DNA from: Vicinamibacterales bacterium
GTDB lineage: Bacteria; Acidobacteriota; Vicinamibacteria; Vicinamibacterales; JAMQPK01
Direction: 5' to 3'
Length of the DNA: 64,000 nucleotides
Assembly: GCA_035281225.1 (NCBI GenBank)
Contig: DATEEI010000035.1
Coordinates: 9,607-73,606, forward strand
Shown here: one piece after another, positions 17,095 through 24,566 of the stretch
Numbering within the stretch: position 1 is the stretch's first letter
How the letters are laid out: the number at the start of each line of letters is the position of its first letter
Made by a program: the position numbers and the translations under genes
Notes under the pieces: generated by a model
What the model was told of the DNA's origin: nothing
Seen by the model: only the letters and a program-made list of their open reading frames with translations
The model's database searches: none

Positions 17095-18781
17095 TCTGGT
17101 AGTCCGTTAGCAACTGGATAACGGTCGCGATCTCCGCTGCCGCTTCCGGGGAATCGGTGCCCGCGTCTGTGCGCTGCGGCTGGCCGACGTCGATTGGATA
17201 CGTATCGAATGGCGCCTCGAAAATCCAGCCTTTAGAGAGACCGATCAGGTAAACAGAATTCGGGAACATTGACGGTGTCCGTGCGAGAAGCGTGTCGATT
17301 GCCAGCCGTGCTGCATGTGCTGCGAGCACCGTGACATCCGCATCATCGGCAATCAGAGGTGCTTCTTCGGCGCCGCCGTAGTCATTCGCTGCGCGAGCGA
17401 TCGGCTTGCCCCGGTCAGCGCACCAGGCTTCAATCATGCGGCGCATCGACGCCGGATCAGGTTCGTGATCGGGCCGGTGGCGAGCTACCAGACCACCAAA
17501 GCCGCCGCCGAAGACCTCCGCCCAGACCAACGCCCTCTTACCGAGAGCCACTGCGGCACAAAGGTAGTTGAAGGCAACCGGGTTTGCGGTTGCATCCACG
17601 ATGAGATCGCATCCCGCGAGACTTTCGATCAGCGTCTCGACGCTTCCACTTGCTTCCTGGCCACCGAGGCGGTGCCGGCGCCGTTCGCAGCTCGCTCCCG
17701 GGTTAACCAGCTGAATTCGACGTGCTACGCTGTCGGCTTTGTGAGTTCCGATTTCGCGCCAATCCAAATCATGGCGCACGAGATTGTCGGGCAACATCAT
17801 GTCGTCATCGACCAAGAGGAACTTCTTCGCTCCTGAACGAGCCAACATCACCGCGATCTTGCTGCCGATTGAGCCGCACCCGATGACCGCAACTTTTCCT
17901 TCCGCCAAGGCCGCATGATCCGGGTCGAGTCGAGGCGACGTGGGCGGAAGCACGATCACGGCTGGCTGCCAGACCTGAGCATCTTCGTCGCCAAGACCGT
18001 AAGCGTGTATCTGCGATCCCTGCAGCAGCAACACATGCGAGACGTTCGGAATCGACAAGCCGCGTTCGCGTGCTCCCGCTCGAAACTCAGCTGACGTCTT
18101 CACCGACAGTCGCCGGACGCCTTCCGGCCACCTGAAGATTGCGATCTCCCGCTCCCACCCTTCAGCGCGGAAAGGCTCTGGCATTTCATGCTCGACCCAC
18201 GTCTCGCCGCTCGGCATCGCAATGGAACTAATGGCGTTGACCCATGACTCTTCGTGCAATGCGCCCACAGCTTTGGCCGAGACGACGACGTCGTCGTCGA
18301 CCCTCGCTAACGCCTCGGCCGCACCACGCGTGATCACGAACCGCGTAAACCTGTTTCGCAGGTCCTGTCCGAGAGTGGTCTTGTGACGAGACGGGACGAG
18401 AGCCGCTTCGCCGGTGATACTCTCGCTGCTCAGCAGTCGATAGGCGCTGAGGATCATGTCGGCGCCGGTAATCTCCGGATGCCAATTGTCCGGGCCATAT
18501 TCGAGACACAATTCACCGCCCGGTCCGTACTGGTGCGACGACCAATGCTCCGAGTCACCGCGTGGAAGGACCACAGGTGGTGAGTGCGGAAAGTGATTGG
18601 GGTACCGCAATGACACGGGATAAGTACGCTCGTGCGTCGAAAGATCAATGTCCCAGATGAGACGCAGCGATTCGTCGACCCTGAGCCCGAGCGGCGTCAT
18701 CCACGTAACCTGTGACGCGAGCGTTTCGATCGCTTCCCGTTCGCGTTTGCTGCGCGCGGGATTGTCGAAATACCAGATCAT
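17000..18781 (-). CDS. cap2: E2-like + E1 (ThiF)-like fusion protein (Cap2-like)
   Basis: The N-terminal prokaryotic E2-like region reads YPNHFPHSPPVVLPRGDSEHWSSHQYGPGGELCLEYGPDNWHP. The central ThiF/E1 Rossmann fold reads KVAVIGCGSIGSKIAVMLARSGAKKFLLVDDDMMLPDNLVRHDL ... CDLIVDATANPVAFNYLC. Its ATG overlaps the cyclase stop (ATGA at 18778-18781). Confidence 0.8.
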   Translation of the reverse strand: MIWYFDNPARSKREREAIETLASQVTWMTPLGLRVDESLRLIWDIDLSTHERTYPVSLRYPNHFPHSPPVVLPRGDSEHWSSHQYGPGGELCLEYGPDNWHPEITGADMILSAYRLLSSESITGEAALVPSRHKTTLGQDLRNRFTRFVITRGAAEALARVDDDVVVSAKAVGALHEESWVNAISSIAMPSGETWVEHEMPEPFRAEGWEREIAIFRWPEGVRRLSVKTSAEFRAGARERGLSIPNVSHVLLLQGSQIHAYGLGDEDAQVWQPAVIVLPPTSPRLDPDHAALAEGKVAVIGCGSIGSKIAVMLARSGAKKFLLVDDDMMLPDNLVRHDLDWREIGTHKADSVARRIQLVNPGASCERRRHRLGGQEASGSVETLIESLAGCDLIVDATANPVAFNYLCAAVALGKRALVWAEVFGGGFGGLVARHRPDHEPDPASMRRMIEAWCADRGKPIARAANDYGGAEEAPLIADDADVTVLAAHAARLAIDTLLARTPSMFPNSVYLIGLSKGWIFEAPFDTYPIDVGQPQRTDAGTDSPEAAAEIATVIQLLTDYQNAASPAGSNPPANSSGTQASGGAGDRRTHDG

Positions 18782-20334
18782 GCAAACCCATCCGGTTTCG
18801 CGGGACCTGCCGGTCGACTCGGGAAGGTGAAAGACGAAGGCGCAGGCGTTGCCGGTTTCAGCGACCCGGCCGCGGCCATCGCCCGAGCGGCTTTAGCAGT
18901 GGCGTCATTCTTGTCGGCCAACTCTCTGACCGCGATGTCGTAAGTCAGCCCCGATCGCTTCCGCGATTTCCCGAACACCGCGCGCACTGCATCGTTACCG
19001 CTGTCGTACGCGATGGACCCAATCGCCGTTTCCGTGCCGGCGCAGCGCGACTGCTCGCGTTCGGCGGCAACAACGCCGCGGCTAGCCGAACAGCGTACCA
19101 ACTCGCCCTTGATGCCAAGGCGCGTTACGTTCATCGGTCCGTACTCGAATCCGATGGCCAGGCCAAGACTGCTAGCGTCGGTGCCATTCGCCTTGAGCTT
19201 CGAGATGGCGAGCTCAAAGCTGCTGCGCATGCCGCCGGCGCACAGCGTCTGGTTGCTGATGGTCTCGATCTCGTCCGACGTCTGCGCTGTGCCCTCTACA
19301 AGGAGCCCATGAACGCAGTCGCCGATAAACCGCACTTTCCGGCCGGCGAAGTCGGTGTGAAGCACAGCGTCCAGTTCACTGCGCAGCACATGCAACGCGC
19401 GCACGACGTGTTTAGCGGTGGCGTCAGTTGTGATGTTCTTGGTCACGTAGGCGGTGAAGCCGTCGACATCGGCATAGACCGTAGCCGCATCCTGACGTCG
19501 CGTGTTCTTCACCGACAGCTCTTCGATGTCGAGCGTGCTGAAGGGCGGCGTATGCCCGCTGAAGCCAAAGGCGCCGATAGGACTATTCTTGAGATCGTCC
19601 TTCCATTCCTTCACAATCTCGTCGGCCGTGACATCCAAGGCCGCCTTGTCTTGTGACTTCGAGATCTCCTGGGCGGTGAGCGGCGTGGTGTCTTCGTTGT
19701 CGACGCGCTTCAGACCGAGCGTCTCGCGGGCTTTGTTCGTCAGATAGATTCCCGTCGCCGCCCCTCCCGATGCGCGCTTCGCGGCTTGATTCGCTGGCTC
19801 TCCAAGGAACAGGGGTTCCCGATGGCCTCGGCGTCCGTTGTTCACGGCGAGGGCTTCACCGGTGTCGATCCCCACTCTGACCTTCGCGGCAGGATGGTCG
19901 GCGTCCTCGCCGGTCTGCGCGAGCACGTCGATGATCAGCTGCGCCACGGCGACGGCCTTGTGAATGCGGTCGATCTCCGAGTCATACGGCTTCGCGATCA
20001 CCGAGTGCAGACGCTGATTGTGAAAGTCGACAAAGATGGCGTCCACCCGCTGAAGGGTCCGATGGACGGCTCGGTAATGCAGGTTGAGGAATCGGAGCGT
20101 CCGCCGGTGGCAAGTCTCGCCTTCCACCTCGGTGACGTGAAGCATGTCCGCTAGGTTGAGAATGTCGGCGTAGAGGTGGACGCCGTGGAGGCGGTACGCG
20201 ATGTTCCGAGGCAGGCTGGTCAGGTCCGTCTCGCGCACGAACTTCTTGATCACGATGTCGCCGATCGGAAGGTCAGCGATGCAGGCATCGATGCGCTTCG
20301 CGGCTCGGTCTTTGTCCCAGGTACGTGTAGCCAC
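18778..20334 (-). CDS. tandem class III nucleotide cyclase (two cyclase-homology domains in one chain, PycC-related)
   Basis: The ORF track gives 18778..20415 with a TTG start and no SD. GTG at 20334 is preceded by GGAGGAAGAAGAC and is the more plausible start. Domain 1 motifs are HLYADILNLADM and RVGIDTGEALAVNNGRRGHREPLFLGEPANQAAKRAS. Domain 2 motifs are ATVYADVDGFTAYV, VRFIGDCVHGLL and GLAIGFEYGPMNVTRLG. Confidence 0.75.
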   Translation of the reverse strand: MATRTWDKDRAAKRIDACIADLPIGDIVIKKFVRETDLTSLPRNIAYRLHGVHLYADILNLADMLHVTEVEGETCHRRTLRFLNLHYRAVHRTLQRVDAIFVDFHNQRLHSVIAKPYDSEIDRIHKAVAVAQLIIDVLAQTGEDADHPAAKVRVGIDTGEALAVNNGRRGHREPLFLGEPANQAAKRASGGAATGIYLTNKARETLGLKRVDNEDTTPLTAQEISKSQDKAALDVTADEIVKEWKDDLKNSPIGAFGFSGHTPPFSTLDIEELSVKNTRRQDAATVYADVDGFTAYVTKNITTDATAKHVVRALHVLRSELDAVLHTDFAGRKVRFIGDCVHGLLVEGTAQTSDEIETISNQTLCAGGMRSSFELAISKLKANGTDASSLGLAIGFEYGPMNVTRLGIKGELVRCSASRGVVAAEREQSRCAGTETAIGSIAYDSGNDAVRAVFGKSRKRSGLTYDIAVRELADKNDATAKAARAMAAAGSLKPATPAPSSFTFPSRPAGPAKPDGFA

Positions 20335-20523
20335 GTCTTCTTCCTCCAGGTAGTTCACCCTGCTCGGCTGTGCTTCGGGAGGTAAATCCTGCGGAAGCGG
20401 GCGGAACCGGCTCAATGCACGGTTGACCGATGGTGCCGATGAGCGTACTCTTAAATGGGCCTAGTTTCTAGGACCAGTATAGTTAATATACCCATTCTGG
20501 CAGTGCTCAGCAAGGGGGTTTTT
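20335..20523. promoter_or_regulatory. divergent promoter/operator region between the cyclase operon and the WYL regulator
   Basis: This is a locally AT-rich patch in a GC-rich window. It contains a perfect palindrome CCTAG-TTT-CTAGG (20460..20472) and an inverted repeat GTATA-GTTAA-TATAC (20477..20491). Confidence 0.45.
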
Positions 20524-21465
20524 TTGGACAATGATCGTCGGCGTCGAGGGCCTGAGCAGCGCCTTGAATTCATCGAGTTCCGACTGTATTGGGAAGGGGC
20601 GGTAAACCGGAGCGACCTCGTTGAGCGGTTCGGCGTGTCTGTGCCCCAAGCGTCAAATGACCTGACGGCGTATCGGCAGCTAGTACCCGAGAACGTGGCC
20701 TACGATTTGAGCGGGAAGCGATACGTCCCTGCCACGACCTTCCGCCCGAAGTTCCTGAAGCCGAATCCAGACCGATACCTCGCCCAGTTGAAAGCCATGT
20801 CCGACGGAATCCTCGACGTCACCGATACATGGCTCGCCAGTCAGCCTGACACCGGCGTCTTGCCGATCCCGAACCGACGCACAGACCCGTCAGTGTTGCG
20901 GGCTGTGCTGATGGCCGTCCGAGCAAAGGGCAGCGTCCACGTGGAATACCAATCAACCAGTCCTGAGAATCCGGACCCGATTTGGCGGTGGATCACTCCG
21001 CACGCATTTGGGTTCGATGGACTGCGGTGGCACGTCCGTGCGTTCTGTCATCGTGACAATCGCTTCAAGGACTTCATTCTCGGCCGCTGTCTCGCCGTCG
21101 GCGAGCAAGGTCCCGCCGCCGCAGTGGCCGAAAAGGATTGGCAGTGGCAAACGTTCTTTGAAGTCGTTCTGCAGCCTAACCCAGATCTGGCGGACGGTCA
21201 GCGCCGAGCGGTTGCTCTCGACTACAACATGATCGAGGGGAGGATCGCAGTCCCCGTACGCTTTGCTCTGTTGTACTACTTCAACAAGCGCCTACGCCTG
21301 GATGTCGCCGAGCGGTTTGACAAGCCACGCGAGCGCCCAGTCGTCGTGGCAAACCAGGCGGACTTTGAAGCCGCACTGCAAAAGGCAGACGCCCCGTTAT
21401 CCACGTCAGAGAGAGTCGCGCAGCAAGCTGAAGGTGCCACGGCTTCTAGCCACTTGAGTCCGTGA
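20524..21465 (+). CDS. WYL-domain transcriptional regulator (CapW/BrxR-like)
   Basis: The ORF track start is ATG 20455, but the first 23 codons are AT-rich rare codons spanning the palindromes. TTG at 20524 follows AAGGGGG. The N-terminal wHTH reads RLEFIEFRLYWEGAVNRSDLVERFGVSVPQASNDLTAYRQL. The WYL-like core reads SVHVEYQSTSPENPDPIWRWITPHAFGFDGLRWHVRAFCHRDNRFKDFILGRC. Confidence 0.8.
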   Translation: MDNDRRRRGPEQRLEFIEFRLYWEGAVNRSDLVERFGVSVPQASNDLTAYRQLVPENVAYDLSGKRYVPATTFRPKFLKPNPDRYLAQLKAMSDGILDVTDTWLASQPDTGVLPIPNRRTDPSVLRAVLMAVRAKGSVHVEYQSTSPENPDPIWRWITPHAFGFDGLRWHVRAFCHRDNRFKDFILGRCLAVGEQGPAAAVAEKDWQWQTFFEVVLQPNPDLADGQRRAVALDYNMIEGRIAVPVRFALLYYFNKRLRLDVAERFDKPRERPVVVANQADFEAALQKADAPLSTSERVAQQAEGATASSHLSP

Positions 21466-21561
21466 TGGTCGCGAATGGGATACTGGCCGAAGAAAGCGGC
21501 TGGGCCCTCAGTTCCGCAACGTCCGCGCGGATGCATGCCCGCGCCATGTCACGCCACTGAC

Positions 21562-21987
21562 TTACGACGAGCCAGCGTCCTCGAGCATGAGCTGTCGGTT
21601 CACGGTGGCAACGAAGTCGTAGAGTTCTCCAGAGCGGACGACCTCCGCTCCAAGCGCCAGTTTTCCTTGCGCAGCACGAATCACCGTTTTCATCGTCGCG
21701 TCGAAACCGATAACGATCCACCACTCCTGACCGTCAACCTCCGTAGACCAGGCTGTGTTCACGAACTTTCCCTTATCAGTCCGGACCTCGGCGGTCATCA
21801 GACGCCAACGATCTGGATCGAAGTTCTGAAGTTGTTCGAGAGGAGCGCCACGTTCATAGCTGCGGTCTTGAACATGGCGAGCGTGGGTCTTCAACACTCG
21901 CACGTCCCGCATTTTGAAGCGAACCCGCTCAAAGAGTTCTGGTGGGCCGGTCAATGTGTGGAAACGAGCAACATGAAACTTCGGCAT
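21562..21987 (-). CDS. small hypothetical protein (possibly DUF4258/RelE-fold-like), the last gene of the large defence operon
   Basis: The ORF track gives 21562..22041. ATG at 21987 shares 1 nt with the PLD stop (TGATG). The segment THARHVQDRSYERGAPLEQLQNF loosely resembles DUF4258. Weak family call. Confidence 0.4.
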   Translation of the reverse strand: MPKFHVARFHTLTGPPELFERVRFKMRDVRVLKTHARHVQDRSYERGAPLEQLQNFDPDRWRLMTAEVRTDKGKFVNTAWSTEVDGQEWWIVIGFDATMKTVIRAAQGKLALGAEVVRSGELYDFVATVNRQLMLEDAGSS

Positions 21988-24566
21988 CAAGCTCCGACGA
22001 CTCGCTGAGAAGCGGCGTCCATGGTGACCCACTCGACGCACTTGACATGAGTCGTGAGGAATTGGCGTTCCTCGTCTTCAACCTCAGCGTCGAAGACTGT
22101 GATCTTGTCCGAGGCGCCAGAAGGGACGACTTCGAGAGCGATGCGAACACGTGGATCGAGCGCCGAGCCGAGGATGACGAGGTCACCGGGACGGGGCGCG
22201 CGACCGGACTTCCGGACCGCCTCCGGGGTCTTCTCGACATCGGCCAAAAAATCTGCCAGGCGAAGATGACTCGCGACCCAGGAGTTGCCGTCAGCATCTC
22301 TTCGCGCTGTCCGACCGACGGCCTGGCTGAGGGTATCGCGCGCTTCTAGGTCGCCAGCTAGCTGACCGGCGATCGCGGCAAACACCTGAATCGGGTACCA
22401 CGGGCTGTCCTCCTCCTCCAGGTCGATTGGGCTAGTCCGGTTGACCGCGGCCCTAACGTTGATCTCCATTTCCCACGCTAACCACGCTAGCAATCCAATC
22501 GCGAGGGATAGTTCCTGGAATGGCTCGCCATCCCCCTCCTTTAGCGATCTTGGCGCTAACGATGAACCGCCCCAAGTGAGCGCCAACCCGCCAGCTTCGA
22601 ACAGCACCCACTCATCATTTGGGTCCACGAGCGTCAGATGCTTCGAGCGCCACTCCGTCCGCTGCTCCATGGTACGAAGGGTGTGCACGACGCTGAGGAC
22701 TGCGGCAAGCTGCACGACTGCACGCCGAGCGACACCATCGCGCGCTGCATCGAGCTGTTTCACCATTCGCCTAATCAGCCGACCGACCTTACCGCGGCAC
22801 AAATCCGCCAAGACTTCGTACGGAGGGGGAGGCGGTGGAGGCTCCTCATCTCCGGCGTCGTCGTCGGTGACGGGCAGCACTTCTTCAGCTGGTGGACGCG
22901 GCGGCGCCGGCGCCAACAGGCCCTCGCCGAGCCGGCACATCAAGGCATCCAACAGAACGAGGATGTCGCCGCTGGCCAACCGTTTCTTCTTCCGACCGGA
23001 GCGTCGGCCAGCCGCGTCCACGGCGAGCGACTCTGGGCCGGGTTCATGGGTCTCTGCACGGTTGGTCTCCGTCTTTCGACGGATGGCAGGTTCGGGAGTG
23101 ACTACGTCGTCCGAGTCGAAGATTACCTTCTGTGTCAGCTTCAGGAGCGCGTCGAGCTGTGCAGGATCCTCGTCGAGTGCTCCGAGGAGTTGTCGCAATT
23201 CACGCTGCCGGTCACCGCCAACGTTCCTGGCAACTTCATCAGGTCGATGGACCAGCACCACCACCCGTTTCTTTCCGGGACCGAACCCACGCAAGGTCTG
23301 TGCGGCGTCGCGTACGGCATCCGCTGCGTCGATGGCCAATTCGTTACCCGTGCGCGTGAGTGCTTGGCCCAGGTTGCTGCCATCTGCAGCGAAGGCATCG
23401 AGCACGATTCGCGGGCCTATCGGTCGCTCGAGTGCAAAGCCGTCGTCTGAGGGGACGGCAAGCACTACCGTCCCGCGGCCGTCCGACTTCTCCTCGACGA
23501 GGTCGGCCTGCCTATCTGCGACTTTGGTCCATTCCTTCGCTCCAACACTCGGTGCAGCCACGAACGCGTCAATGCCGAGTGCCTTCGCGGCTCCTTCGCG
23601 ACGATCGACAACCACAGCTTCGGCGTTTCTGAAGTGGTCCACCGGCAAAAAAGCCGCTTGCGAGGGATTTGCACTACCGGTCACGAGGAGCTCACCTTCA
23701 GAGCCCTCGAACCAAAGAACCTTCGCGTGCAGATACGTCGTGGCGGACTCTCGGCGATTGGGCACGCGCGGGAGTCCCGCAACGTTTACGAATTCGGCAC
23801 CACGGAACTTTCGAACCGACGCAGGGTCGATCTCGACTGACTCTGGGTCGATTCCGACGACAAGCCTGCGCGGCTTCACATCATCAAGGAGCTGTTGCAG
23901 AAATCCGAGCTTCTTGTCGAAGTACGGCCCGCACACGAAGGCTGTCGATGGTCGCTTGGGAACCATGGGCCTAATTCGTGACCACAGATCCGCATCATCA
24001 CCGGTTGTTGTCAGAAGGATTCGTTCGGTCGATTCAACGGCCATCGGACCGTCAAGCCATGGAATGTTCCGTCCGACGGAAGCGAACACCTGGTCCATGT
24101 CGGTGAGCCCGGTCGGCACGAATGTCCGCAGGTAGTCCAGCGCTGCGCGAATGACCGCGGCCCCTTGGCGGGCTCCCGCTCCACTGGTTCTGAACTCATT
24201 CGTGATCTCGTCGTTCAATCCAAAGCCTGCAAGTGTCGTGTTATGGCTGCCGACGAACAACGCACCTTTCGATTTTCCGAGAGCGACGATGAGTTTCGGA
24301 TGAAACGCTCCGCGGAGATGAACCGGAACCAGCGTGTAGTCGCGGCCGGCGCGCTTAGGTCGCGTGTCGTCGCACGCGAAAGCCTCAGCACACAGAGCGG
24401 CGTCGACAAGCAAGATGTTGTTGGTGCAACCCCGGTCCAGCAGACGACGAAGTACGACCTCCTCGTAGAAAGGAAAGTAGCAGCAGTACGTGGCTATTAT
24501 CGAAGCCTGAAAGCCGGTCTCGGAAAGTGCTTCGAGCAATGAGAACGACGCTGCCTCACGAGGCAC
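21987..24566 (-). CDS. PLD-family (two HKD motifs) nuclease-like protein with a long uncharacterised C-terminal region
   Basis: HKD-1 reads FHPKLIVALGKSKGALFVGSHNTTLAG and HKD-2 reads YLHAKVLWFEGSEGELLVTGSANPSQAAF. An acidic poly-Pro linker DDDAGDEEPPPPPPPYEVL follows. The remaining ~350 aa is unrecognised. Confidence 0.8.
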   Translation of the reverse strand: MPREAASFSLLEALSETGFQASIIATYCCYFPFYEEVVLRRLLDRGCTNNILLVDAALCAEAFACDDTRPKRAGRDYTLVPVHLRGAFHPKLIVALGKSKGALFVGSHNTTLAGFGLNDEITNEFRTSGAGARQGAAVIRAALDYLRTFVPTGLTDMDQVFASVGRNIPWLDGPMAVESTERILLTTTGDDADLWSRIRPMVPKRPSTAFVCGPYFDKKLGFLQQLLDDVKPRRLVVGIDPESVEIDPASVRKFRGAEFVNVAGLPRVPNRRESATTYLHAKVLWFEGSEGELLVTGSANPSQAAFLPVDHFRNAEAVVVDRREGAAKALGIDAFVAAPSVGAKEWTKVADRQADLVEEKSDGRGTVVLAVPSDDGFALERPIGPRIVLDAFAADGSNLGQALTRTGNELAIDAADAVRDAAQTLRGFGPGKKRVVVLVHRPDEVARNVGGDRQRELRQLLGALDEDPAQLDALLKLTQKVIFDSDDVVTPEPAIRRKTETNRAETHEPGPESLAVDAAGRRSGRKKKRLASGDILVLLDALMCRLGEGLLAPAPPRPPAEEVLPVTDDDAGDEEPPPPPPPYEVLADLCRGKVGRLIRRMVKQLDAARDGVARRAVVQLAAVLSVVHTLRTMEQRTEWRSKHLTLVDPNDEWVLFEAGGLALTWGGSSLAPRSLKEGDGEPFQELSLAIGLLAWLAWEMEINVRAAVNRTSPIDLEEEDSPWYPIQVFAAIAGQLAGDLEARDTLSQAVGRTARRDADGNSWVASHLRLADFLADVEKTPEAVRKSGRAPRPGDLVILGSALDPRVRIALEVVPSGASDKITVFDAEVEDEERQFLTTHVKCVEWVTMDAASQRVVGA

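Noticed and set aside
20455-20523. ATG at 20455 as the start of the WYL regulator
   Set aside because: The first 23 codons are AT-rich rare codons that coincide with two palindromes. A TTG at 20524 follows a strong AAGGGGG RBS, directly before the wHTH begins.
22441-24135. 564-aa plus-strand ORF inside the PLD gene (and the 270-aa ORF at 22638..23450)
   Set aside because: It is extremely Ser/Arg/Ala/Thr-rich with no motifs. The opposite strand carries two HKD motifs and sits in a coupled operon.
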